64,000 nt of DNA from Patescibacteria group bacterium (GTDB lineage: Bacteria; Patescibacteriota; Patescibacteriia; UBA2591; UBA6264): NCBI GenBank assembly GCA_028713575.1, contig JAQTOB010000001.1, positions 27,619 to 91,618 of the forward strand. Direction: 5' to 3'. The notes beneath the pieces were generated by a model. The model saw only the letters and a program-made list of their open reading frames with translations, searched no databases and was not told the DNA's origin. Below are positions 27,205-35,361 of this stretch, one piece after another (within the stretch, counting starts at the first letter, position 1; each line of letters starts with the position of its first letter). A program made the translations under genes and the position numbers.

Positions 27205-27807
27205 TTAAATAAATCTTTCGTTCTTAATAAATTTCGGCTTTGGGGGATTTTTGGATTCCTCTTTAACAAATTCTATATAATCCTGACGAAGTCCTTCTAT
27301 CTCTCTTTCTCCGCTATATTCCAAAAAACGATTTCTATCAATTAAATCATCATTGTATTCCTTTTGAAAATAAACCGAAAAACTGCTCCAAAGATAATCT
27401 TCTAATTTTTTACAAAGCCCCGCCCGTAAAGCATTCAGATCAATATAGGCGCTAACCGCCCAAAAATAAGATTCTGTATTTATTAGAGAGGCATAAAATC
27501 TATCCTGAAATAAATGGCCCTTTCTTTTATATCTTCTATTAAAATATCCTGCATAATAACTATTAATGTAATGCATTATCTTGGAAACGACAACTTCGCC
27601 GACTTCTACGTATAAATGAAAATGGTTTGGAAGTAAATTATAGGAATAAAGATAAAAACCAAACATTTTTTTTGCCCTTTTCAAAATCGTCAAAAATTTC
27701 TTATAATCCTGTGGTGCTCGGAAAATACATCGTTGATTAACACCACGACAAACTATGTGATATAAAGCACCATTAGTAATAATTTTTTCCCTTGTTTTTC
27801 GGGGCAT
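27205..27807 (-). CDS. IS200/IS605-family Y1 HUH transposase of the REP-associated (RAYT-like) type
   Basis: ALYHIVCRGVNQRCIF, HUH motif LLPNHFHLYV, YAGYFNRRYKRKGHLFQDRFYASLI and YIDLNALRAGL match the Y1_Tnp / RAYT consensus. Confidence 0.8.
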   Translation of the reverse strand: MPRKTREKIITNGALYHIVCRGVNQRCIFRAPQDYKKFLTILKRAKKMFGFYLYSYNLLPNHFHLYVEVGEVVVSKIMHYINSYYAGYFNRRYKRKGHLFQDRFYASLINTESYFWAVSAYIDLNALRAGLCKKLEDYLWSSFSVYFQKEYNDDLIDRNRFLEYSGEREIEGLRQDYIEFVKEESKNPPKPKFIKNERFI

Positions 27808-27827
27808 TTTATTAAATTAGTCGATAT

Positions 27828-27915
27828 TCGACTACTTTTTAAAAATTGTCTTACAACCCGCTTCTAGTAATGATTTTAGAATGGTATTTTTAGGGGACAG
27901 TCCCCTTTTTATAAA
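27828..27915. repeat. ~90-bp direct repeat, copy A, with two perfect palindromes (AGTCGATATTCGACT and AGGGGACAGTCCCCT)
   Basis: Near-identical to 29151..29248, with 2 to 3 mismatches. It lies 20 bp upstream of the transposase start codon. Confidence 0.8.
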
Positions 27916-27972
27916 ACGACGAGGCGCGAGGAATGTGGTCGTATATGCCGTGTTGGGTGATGTAAAAAACGG

Positions 27973-28935
27973 TTATTTCAAATAGTGATTCAAATTAATC
28001 TCAACAAAAAAATATTTTTCTCCTCTTTTTGCAAGAAAAAATAAAATTCCATTTTTATCGAGTTCAATTGGATAAGCAAAAATCGCACAACAGCTGTTAG
28101 TTCTTATTTCATCAAAATCCCGAGAAATTTTTTGACCATTAAAGAAAAAAAATTTTTTTTCATCTTTTTCACCTACGAATCCTATATTGTCTTTATATGC
28201 AAATAAATGTGAACTTGCTTCAACTAAATATTTCTCATTGATCGTTTCATCATTATACCAAATATTTCGCTCCACAATTGGCGTATTCTTATCCTTCCAC
28301 TCCTTGAGATCGTAAAAAGTGAATGCGGGTGAATTTAGTATCATGCTTGCATCTTCAATAACACTTTCCGCTCCGAAATACATTTTATGGGAAAAAATTT
28401 CTTGCTCATTTTTAAAAATAGAATAATTGTCGTCGCCTTTGATGTTTCCAATAGTATAAACGTCCTTACTAAAACCATAAGATTCTGCTGTTTGTTTAAT
28501 ATTAATATTATTTATTAAATCTTTTCTAAATTCAGGGTTAATTATTAAACACCAATTATCTGGACCACATTCAGCCACTTTAAATTCCGGTGGTAGATTA
28601 TTTTTATATGCTTGCAAGCCAACTATTGAACAATTATCTTTTGTGCCATTTCTACATTCAATTTTGTATTGCAAGTGATACATTGGCGTTCGTCCCTGGA
28701 TTTCATGATTTTGGTTATACCAAAAATTTTTTCCTTGTTTTTGAAGTCGGGTTATTTCTTTTCTGATTAGTGTGAAAATATCATCAACGGTTTCACTTGT
28801 AAGAGTTGTTTCTATTTCATGGTAAATTTGAGATTGGCTATCAACGGGAATTTTATTTTCCCTGTTTTCAATTTGAGAGGTCGTGCACCCCGCTAAAAAA
28901 AATCCCATTATCAGTAGAAAAAAATATTTCTCCAT
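27973..28935 (-). CDS. hypothetical lipoprotein flanked by the direct repeats
   Basis: Signal peptide plus lipobox (LLIMGFFLAGC); cysteine-containing, with no recognisable domain. Confidence 0.6.
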   Translation of the reverse strand: MEKYFFLLIMGFFLAGCTTSQIENRENKIPVDSQSQIYHEIETTLTSETVDDIFTLIRKEITRLQKQGKNFWYNQNHEIQGRTPMYHLQYKIECRNGTKDNCSIVGLQAYKNNLPPEFKVAECGPDNWCLIINPEFRKDLINNINIKQTAESYGFSKDVYTIGNIKGDDNYSIFKNEQEIFSHKMYFGAESVIEDASMILNSPAFTFYDLKEWKDKNTPIVERNIWYNDETINEKYLVEASSHLFAYKDNIGFVGEKDEKKFFFFNGQKISRDFDEIRTNSCCAIFAYPIELDKNGILFFLAKRGEKYFFVEINLNHYLK

Positions 28936-29150
28936 AAATGTTTAATTGGTTTTATTTATATTATAAGCGAACTTTTTTATTTTGCTTAACGTCAGGAACC
29001 TCCGAAGTTTTTTTGGAACGAAGTAAAAGAAAAATTCGGGAAAATTGCAAGCTGAACAATTTTTCTTTTATCCCTTGTTATGCAAATTTAAACTATTTAA
29101 ACTAAATCGTATTGTATTACATATTTGAGAAACAACCCCTTTTGGTCCCG

Positions 29151-29248
29151 TAGTCGATATTCGACTATTTTTTAAAAATTGTCTTACAACCCGCTTCTAG
29201 TAATGATTTTAGGATGGTATTTTTAGGGGACAGTCCCCTTTTTATAAG
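29151..29248. repeat. ~90-bp direct repeat, copy B, followed by a short 3x tandem repeat GTCCC(C)TTTTTAT at 29235..29285
   Basis: Copy B carries the same two palindromes as copy A. Confidence 0.8.
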
Positions 29249-29373
29249 TCCCCTTTTTATTGAAGGTCCCTTTTTATTGAAGTAATATTGACTTCTCGTT
29301 GCCTATTAAACGAATTTTAAGTATAATGTCTTTGCTTCTTAAGTTTACCACTCTTAAAATAACAGGCAATATT

Positions 29374-29832
29374 ATGTCAATTACCCCAACCTATTCGGAA
29401 AAACAAACATTTGATTTAGGTAAAAAATTCGCGGAAAAACTCCAAGGCGGAGAAGTTATCGGTTTAACCGGCGATTTAGGCGCGGGAAAAACCGTATTCA
29501 TTAAAGGTTTAGCAAAAGGACTGAAAATTGAACAAATTATCAACAGTCCGACATTTGTTTTGATGAAATTATACAAAATCAATTCAAAATTCAAAAATCA
29601 AAATGCAAAATTACAATGCAAAATTCAAAATTTAGTTCATGTAGACGCCTATCGTTTAAATTCTAGTCAAGAATTAATTAACGTTGGCATTGAAGATTAT
29701 CTGGAAAAGAAAAATGCGATTGTTGTGATTGAATGGGGGGAAAAAGTGAAAGATATTTTGCCAAAAGACAAGATTTCTGTTAAAATAAAGTTTGGGGGGA
29801 AAAAAAATGAAAGAGTAATAAGAATAAAATAA
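29374..29832 (+). CDS. tsaE: tRNA threonylcarbamoyladenosine biosynthesis protein TsaE (P-loop ATPase) with a low-complexity in-frame insertion
   Basis: GEVIGLTGDLGAGKTVFIKGLAKGL...INSPTFVLMKLY[KINSKFKNQNAKLQCKIQN]LVHVDAYRL. The start is placed at the ATG at 29374, downstream of a TATAAT at 29322; the tracked start 29299 lies inside the repeat. Confidence 0.8.
   Translation: MSITPTYSEKQTFDLGKKFAEKLQGGEVIGLTGDLGAGKTVFIKGLAKGLKIEQIINSPTFVLMKLYKINSKFKNQNAKLQCKIQNLVHVDAYRLNSSQELINVGIEDYLEKKNAIVVIEWGEKVKDILPKDKISVKIKFGGKKNERVIRIK
29575..29640. repeat. AT-rich 'caaaat(g/c)caaaat' repeat element lying inside the tsaE coding sequence
   Basis: aaatcaattcaaaattcaaaaatcaaaatgcaaaattacaatgcaaaattcaaaattt; the same motif family as 17281..17340, 52075..52170 and 54915..55012. 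Confidence 0.6.
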
Positions 29833-29928
29833 TCCGAAAAATCCAAATATACCCGAATGTCCCTAATAAAATAATTAATTATAAATTATTCGTAGCATTC
29901 GGATAAATTCGTAAATTAGAATTATTTT

Positions 29929-32532
29929 GTGAAAACAATGGATAAACAATACGAGCCAAAAAATTGCGAAACGAAAATTTACGAACTCTGGGAAAAGAGC
30001 GGATTTTTTAATCCAGACCGACTACCGGGCAAAAGAAGAAAAAAATATTCTATTTCCATCCCTCCGCCCAACATCACCGGTTCCCTGCATATGGGACACG
30101 CCCTGAATAACACAATTCAGGACATTTTAACCCGCTACTACCGCCTGCGGGGCAAAAAAACTCTTTGGTTGCCGGGAATTGATCATGCCGGCATTGCCAC
30201 CCAAAACGTGGTAGAAAAGAAAATCTCTAAAGAAGGATTGACTCGCCATCAACTCGGCCGAGATAAATTTATAGAAAGAGTCTGGCAGTGGAAGGAAAAA
30301 TATGGCAACCTAATCTTAGAACAATTAAAAAAACTTGGTTGTTCCTGTGATTGGTCTCGGAGTAGATTCACCTTGGACAAAGAATACGAACAGGCCGTAC
30401 AAACCGCTTTTATCAATTATTACAAAAAAGGCTACATCTACCGGGGTCCTCGGATCGTCAACTGGTGTCCCCGTTGCGCCACGGCTATCTCCGACATTGA
30501 AGTGAAATACCAAGAAGAAAAAGGTGCCTTGTGGTATATTAAATACCCGTTGCTTGAAAATTCCAAATTCCAATTTCCAAATTCCAAACAATATCTAAAT
30601 TCAAAACCTAAAATCCAAAAATTTATTACGGTAGCGACTACTCGACCAGAAACAATGCTGGGAGATGCGGCCGTGGCCGTGAATCCCAAGGAAGAAAGAT
30701 ATAAAAAGTTAGTCGGCCAAAAAGTTATCTTGCCAATAATGAACCGCGAGATTCCTATTGTCGCCCATCGTTTAGTTGATCTTAATTTTGGCACTGGCGC
30801 CTTAAAAATCACGCCAGCTCATGATAAAACCGACTGGCAGATTGGCAAAGAAAATAATCTAGAAATAATCAATGTTATTGGTCCTGACGGAAAAATGTCA
30901 AAAGAGGCGGGAAAATATGAAGGCCTCTCAACTCTTGAGGCCAGAAAAAAAATCATCGCCGAACTGGAAATCTTGGGTCTTTTGGAAAAAACCGAAGAAT
31001 ACGAGCATCAAATCTCCCTGTGTGATCGCTGTCATACTCCAGTCGAACCGCAAATTTCTACCCAATGGTTCGTTCAAATGGAAAAATTAGCCCAACCGGC
31101 GATTAAAGCGGTTAAAAACAATAAAATAAAAATTATTCCCGAACGATATAAAAAGGTATATCTTGATTGGTTAAATAACATTGAAGATTGGTGCATTTCT
31201 CGCCAGCTCTGGTGGGGACACCGTTTGCCAATTTGGCTCTGCCAAACAGCAAACAAAATTAAAAATCCCTGCCTGTCCGGCAGGCAGGAAAAATTAAAAA
31301 TCAAAAACATTAATAACGATTATGTTGTTTCGGCGACTCGACCAAAAAAATGCCCATTCTGCGGACAATGCGAGATGAAACAATCGGAGGACGTATTAGA
31401 CACCTGGTTTTCTTCTGCTCTTTGGCCATTCGCTACTTTGGGCTGGCCAATCGCTTGCGCTCAAAATAAAAAATCAAAAATAAAAATTAAAAAATATTGT
31501 AAACCAATTCGCGGTACCGATTTAGACAAATTTTTTCCGACTTCTCTTTTATCCACCGACCGCGGAATCCTTTATCTTTGGGTGGCGAGAATGGTTTTCT
31601 CAAGTTTGGAATTTTTAAAAAAAATACCCTTTAAAACCGTTTACATTCACGCCACTATTCTCAATCCGGAGGGCCGACGAATGAGTAAGTCGCTGGGAAC
31701 GGGCATTGACCCCTTGGGCTTAATTGATAAATACGGCGCCGACGCGGTCCGCCTCGGTCTAATAATCCAAACCAACCGCGACCAGCAGGCCATCCGCTTT
31801 GATGAAAGAACGATTTTGGCGGCCAGAAATTTTGTGAATAAGCTCTGGAACATAAGTCGTTTTATTGAAATTTCAACAAAACAAATCCAAGATTCTAAAT
31901 CAGAAATCCAAAACAAGTCCAAGATTCTAAACTCAAAAATCAAAACATTAACTCTATCGGACAGATGGATACTTAGCCGCTTAAATTCCGTTATTGATTC
32001 AATAACAAAAAAAATCGCCGATTATCAATTCGGCGAAGCGGGGCAAGAACTTTATGAATTTGTTTGGCATGAATTTGCCGATTGGTATTTAGAAATCAGT
32101 AAATTTCAAATGGCGGAAAAAAAATTAAAAAATAACACCATTTATTGTTTAAAATTTATAATTTATAATTTATTAAAACTCCTTCATCCTTTTATTCCTT
32201 TTGTCACTGAAGAAATCAACATTCATCTTAATAATTTGACCATAGAAAAAAATGGGGTTTTGCCAGAGAAAGCAATGGAACAATTTAGTCAGTTATTGAT
32301 AGTGGCAAACTGGTCCGCCGTGAAAAGAAAATACATAAATAAAAAGATTGAATCTCAATTTGAGAAAATAAAAAAAATTGTGGCTGAAATCAGGAACTGG
32401 AAATCAGAACAGAAAATTCCTTTTAATCAGGAAGTGGAATACCAAATTCAAAAAGAAGAAAAAAATCTTTTAATCATTAAAGAGGTAAAAACCCTGGTAG
32501 AACAAATGACCAAAACAAAATTGATTTCTTAA
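29929..32532 (+). CDS. valS: valyl-tRNA synthetase with several low-complexity in-frame insertions
   Basis: HIGH motif (PPPNITGSLHMGHALNN), KMSKS motif (RMSKSLG) and the zinc knuckles of the editing/CP1 region. Insertions lie at about 30551..30625, 31261..31320, 31465..31500 and 31875..31950. Confidence 0.9.
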   Translation: MKTMDKQYEPKNCETKIYELWEKSGFFNPDRLPGKRRKKYSISIPPPNITGSLHMGHALNNTIQDILTRYYRLRGKKTLWLPGIDHAGIATQNVVEKKISKEGLTRHQLGRDKFIERVWQWKEKYGNLILEQLKKLGCSCDWSRSRFTLDKEYEQAVQTAFINYYKKGYIYRGPRIVNWCPRCATAISDIEVKYQEEKGALWYIKYPLLENSKFQFPNSKQYLNSKPKIQKFITVATTRPETMLGDAAVAVNPKEERYKKLVGQKVILPIMNREIPIVAHRLVDLNFGTGALKITPAHDKTDWQIGKENNLEIINVIGPDGKMSKEAGKYEGLSTLEARKKIIAELEILGLLEKTEEYEHQISLCDRCHTPVEPQISTQWFVQMEKLAQPAIKAVKNNKIKIIPERYKKVYLDWLNNIEDWCISRQLWWGHRLPIWLCQTANKIKNPCLSGRQEKLKIKNINNDYVVSATRPKKCPFCGQCEMKQSEDVLDTWFSSALWPFATLGWPIACAQNKKSKIKIKKYCKPIRGTDLDKFFPTSLLSTDRGILYLWVARMVFSSLEFLKKIPFKTVYIHATILNPEGRRMSKSLGTGIDPLGLIDKYGADAVRLGLIIQTNRDQQAIRFDERTILAARNFVNKLWNISRFIEISTKQIQDSKSEIQNKSKILNSKIKTLTLSDRWILSRLNSVIDSITKKIADYQFGEAGQELYEFVWHEFADWYLEISKFQMAEKKLKNNTIYCLKFIIYNLLKLLHPFIPFVTEEINIHLNNLTIEKNGVLPEKAMEQFSQLLIVANWSAVKRKYINKKIESQFEKIKKIVAEIRNWKSEQKIPFNQEVEYQIQKEEKNLLIIKEVKTLVEQMTKTKLIS
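31268..31288. repeat. GC-rich palindrome CCTGCCTGTCCGGCAGGCAGG embedded in AT-rich repeat flanks, inside valS
   Basis: A second copy (CCTGCCTGCCGGCAGGCAGG) lies intergenically at 52112..52131, with the same caaaat-type flanks. Confidence 0.6.
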
Positions 32533-32541
32533 AGAATAAAA

Positions 32542-32576
32542 AACAAGGATTAAATTTATTTCCTTGTTTTTTATTT
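32542..32576. terminator. intrinsic terminator between convergent valS and pilB
   Basis: Stem AACAAGGA...TCCTTGTT followed by TTTTTATTT. Confidence 0.5.
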
Positions 32577-32589
32577 ATTTTCTAAAAAA

Positions 32590-34302
32590 TTATTCCGCTA
32601 CCCTAAAAATCTCTTCTATAGTGGTTGTTCCTTCTAAGGCCTTTAAAATTCCGTCTTGAACCATATTAATCATTCCTTGACTTTGGGCCAATTCTCTCAT
32701 TTTATATTCTGAAAGGTCTCCTCCTAAAATAATTTTTTCAATGCTTGCATCAATAATAAAAACCTCATAAATGCCGATTCTGCCTTTATATCCTAACCCT
32801 TGACATATTTCACAGCCTTTGCCGTGATAAAATTTTAAATCATTGTTAATCTTTATTCCGGAATTCTCGGGGATTTCCGCTAAAATTTTTTTTACTTTTT
32901 CCATGTCTCCCGGCGAAATAACAATCTCTTGCTTACAATTTGGACAAATTTTTCTAACTAATCGTTGTCCAATAACCGCATTAATGGCCGGGGCTAAAAG
33001 ATAAGGCTTAACGCCCATTGATAAAAAACGAGGAATGGCGCCGGCCGCATCATTGGTGTGTAAAGTAGAAACAACCATATGCCCAGTCAAGGCGGCTTGA
33101 ATGGCAATCTCAGCTGTTTCCAAATCTCTGATTTCGCCCACCATCACCACATCTGGGTCTTGACGGAGGATAGAACGAAGCCCTTTGGCAAAAGTATAAT
33201 CTTTTGATTTGTCAACCTGACTTTGATTAATCCCTTTCAAATGATATTCTACCGGGTCTTCTAAGGTAATAATTTTTGTCTCCGGGCTGTTTAATCTATT
33301 TAAAATCGCATATAAAGTAGTCGTTTTCCCTGACCCAGTCGGACCAGTGGTAATCACCATTCCGTTTGGTCTTTCTATCTGCTGTTTTAACTTATTATTG
33401 ATTTCTTCTCTAAATCCCAATTGTTCAAAACTTAAACTAGCAACAGAAGAGCGTAAAAGTCTCATTACTACGCTTTCACCATAAGCCGTGGGAAGACAAG
33501 AAACACGAACATCAACTTTTTCTTCTGTTAAAAAAATGGTGAAACGTCCATCCTGTGGTCGGTCAACTATATTCATTTTCAATCCGGAAATTAATTTAAT
33601 ACGGGAAATGATTTGTGGCCAAAATTTTTTATTAATTTCCGCAACGTCAATTAGAACTCCGTCTATTCTAAATCTAACTTTTATTTCTTCTTCTTCGGCT
33701 TCAATGTGGATGTCTGAAGCCCTTGATTGAATAGAACTGGCTATAATTAAATTAACCAAATCAGTAATTTTCGCATTTTTAATCTCCTGATTTAAATCCT
33801 TAAATGTTTTTATTTTACTTTTAAAAAATTCTACATCTTTAGCGGTAATTTCCACTCCCTTAATGGCTTTACTAATTTTTGGCAAAGTGGCATAACGTTG
33901 ATAAACAAAATTGAAACTATGTTCAGAAATAAGATAAAGTTCTGTTTTCAGGCCATATCCTCCCTCTATTTGTTCCCTGTATTCTGCCAGGGACGGATTA
34001 TCCGGCTGAACGGAAGCCAATTTGGCCGTTTGTTCGGTCCGATAAAAACAAATTAGTTTATATTTTAAAGATTCTTCTTGAGGAATTAAACTTAAGGATT
34101 CCTGCGAAACCGGGAAATCAACCAAATTGATATATGATATGCCTATTTGTCTGGCTTGAGCGGAAATTTTTTCTTCTTTGTCCTTTAATTCAATATCAAT
34201 TAATTTTTTTTGTAATTTTTCTTGGTCTTCCGACGAACTAATGTTTGGCTTTATATTTGTTGCCTTTTGACTTTGTTTTAATAAGTCATTTATATTTAAC
34301 AT
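32590..34302 (-). CDS. pilB: type IV pilus / type II secretion assembly ATPase (PilB/GspE family)
   Basis: Walker A GPTGSGKTTTLYAIL, Asp and His boxes, and a C-terminal tetracysteine (CPNCKQE...CEICQGLGY). Confidence 0.85.
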   Translation of the reverse strand: MLNINDLLKQSQKATNIKPNISSSEDQEKLQKKLIDIELKDKEEKISAQARQIGISYINLVDFPVSQESLSLIPQEESLKYKLICFYRTEQTAKLASVQPDNPSLAEYREQIEGGYGLKTELYLISEHSFNFVYQRYATLPKISKAIKGVEITAKDVEFFKSKIKTFKDLNQEIKNAKITDLVNLIIASSIQSRASDIHIEAEEEEIKVRFRIDGVLIDVAEINKKFWPQIISRIKLISGLKMNIVDRPQDGRFTIFLTEEKVDVRVSCLPTAYGESVVMRLLRSSVASLSFEQLGFREEINNKLKQQIERPNGMVITTGPTGSGKTTTLYAILNRLNSPETKIITLEDPVEYHLKGINQSQVDKSKDYTFAKGLRSILRQDPDVVMVGEIRDLETAEIAIQAALTGHMVVSTLHTNDAAGAIPRFLSMGVKPYLLAPAINAVIGQRLVRKICPNCKQEIVISPGDMEKVKKILAEIPENSGIKINNDLKFYHGKGCEICQGLGYKGRIGIYEVFIIDASIEKIILGGDLSEYKMRELAQSQGMINMVQDGILKALEGTTTIEEIFRVAE

Positions 34303-34304
34303 AT

Positions 34305-35171
34305 TTATTCAATTATTGATTTTGCTTCGTTAATCAATTTTATTATTTTTAATTCGCTAATTTTTGTTTTTCTCTTTAAGGTTTCGTTTTTAATCATTAA
34401 CAAATCTTTACAAAAAATTATTTTTTGGAAAAAAAGTTTTTCTTTTGTCTGCCGATCCAATGACCTTAGAATGGTAATGGGATATATTTTTTTTTCTTCT
34501 ATTAAACTTTCTAAACTATTTTCTCTTGGATATTGCCACCCCAATAGCCTCATCTTTTTACATTGAGCGTATTGAATGGCCGACTCCGAAAACTTTGTAT
34601 TAGAAATTAACCAAGGGCAATCAAGTCTCTGCCCTTTATTTTCTCGCCAGGCATCATGTAAATCTAAAAATCTTGCCCAAACATATAAAGCCTCTTTTAA
34701 TCCCGAGCGAATACCCGATTTATTGTGATATTTACATTCTACCATAAAAATCTTTCCTTTGCTATGTTCCTGTTGAATTAAAGAATTAATTTCTCTTGAA
34801 GGAGACCTGGCAATAATGTCTACTTCATGTTTGGTACAAATTCCCGAAAGTATGGGAGGAAACCAAGTTTGATAACCATAAGACCTTAAAAGCCTAAGAA
34901 TAAATTCTTCAAAAATAAAACCAGCGGGGCCTAAATCTAAAATTGCCTTTTTTAAATTATATCGCGCCGCTGTAATTGGATTTTTTTGTCTTAATAATTT
35001 TAAAATCAATTTTAAAATCTCCCTGGTTTCCATATTTTCATAAACATGTCGCGTAACTTCATTGGTAATATCATTGGCAAGATTTTGGTCTGCCCCGGCG
35101 CGTAAACAGGTTTTTCTAATTTTTATAGGATTAAATCTAACCCTTTTGCCTGAAGCCTTAATAATATACAT
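34305..35171 (-). CDS. ATP-cone domain fused to an Mrr-like (PD-(D/E)xK) restriction-endonuclease-fold domain
   Basis: N-terminal segment IIKASGKRVRFNPIKIRKTCLRAGADQNLANDITNEV is ATP-cone-like. Downstream, FEEFILRLLRSYGY...HEVDIIAR...IFMVECKYH gives an E/D...ECK triad typical of Mrr_cat. Confidence 0.6.
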   Translation of the reverse strand: MYIIKASGKRVRFNPIKIRKTCLRAGADQNLANDITNEVTRHVYENMETREILKLILKLLRQKNPITAARYNLKKAILDLGPAGFIFEEFILRLLRSYGYQTWFPPILSGICTKHEVDIIARSPSREINSLIQQEHSKGKIFMVECKYHNKSGIRSGLKEALYVWARFLDLHDAWRENKGQRLDCPWLISNTKFSESAIQYAQCKKMRLLGWQYPRENSLESLIEEKKIYPITILRSLDRQTKEKLFFQKIIFCKDLLMIKNETLKRKTKISELKIIKLINEAKSIIE

Positions 35172-35300
35172 AATGGTCGCTTTACTTCAAACCCTAATTT
35201 CTAATTTCTAAACTCTAAATAATATTCTGAATTCTAAATTTAAAAACTAAAATTCAAAATCACTTTTTCCAAATTTCACTTTTTAGAATTTTAGGATTTG
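35172..35300. repeat. AT-rich degenerate 'ctaa(a/t)tt / aaaattcaaaat' repeat tract in the intergenic region downstream of the ATP-cone nuclease gene
   Basis: ctaatttctaatttctaaactctaaataatattctgaattctaaatttaaaaactaaaattcaaaatc; the units are degenerate and there are no unique spacers. Confidence 0.5.
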
Positions 35301-35361
35301 AATGTTTAAATTTGTTTAGGGCCTAGAACTTATGATTTGGGACTTCCGCGCAAAATGCGGT

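Noticed and set aside
27205-27807. Reading the 200-aa HUH protein as a conventional IS200 TnpA with a TnpB partner (IS605-type)
   Set aside because: No TnpB-like ORF is adjacent, and the conserved blocks fit the RAYT subgroup at least as well. It is therefore called a Y1/RAYT-like transposase without asserting a complete IS.
35172-35300. CRISPR array among the AT-rich repeat tracts
   Set aside because: The units are short (7 to 10 bp), degenerate and contiguous with no unique spacers, and no cas genes are present. They are simple or dispersed repeats, not CRISPR. The same applies to the tracts at 41885 and 54915.
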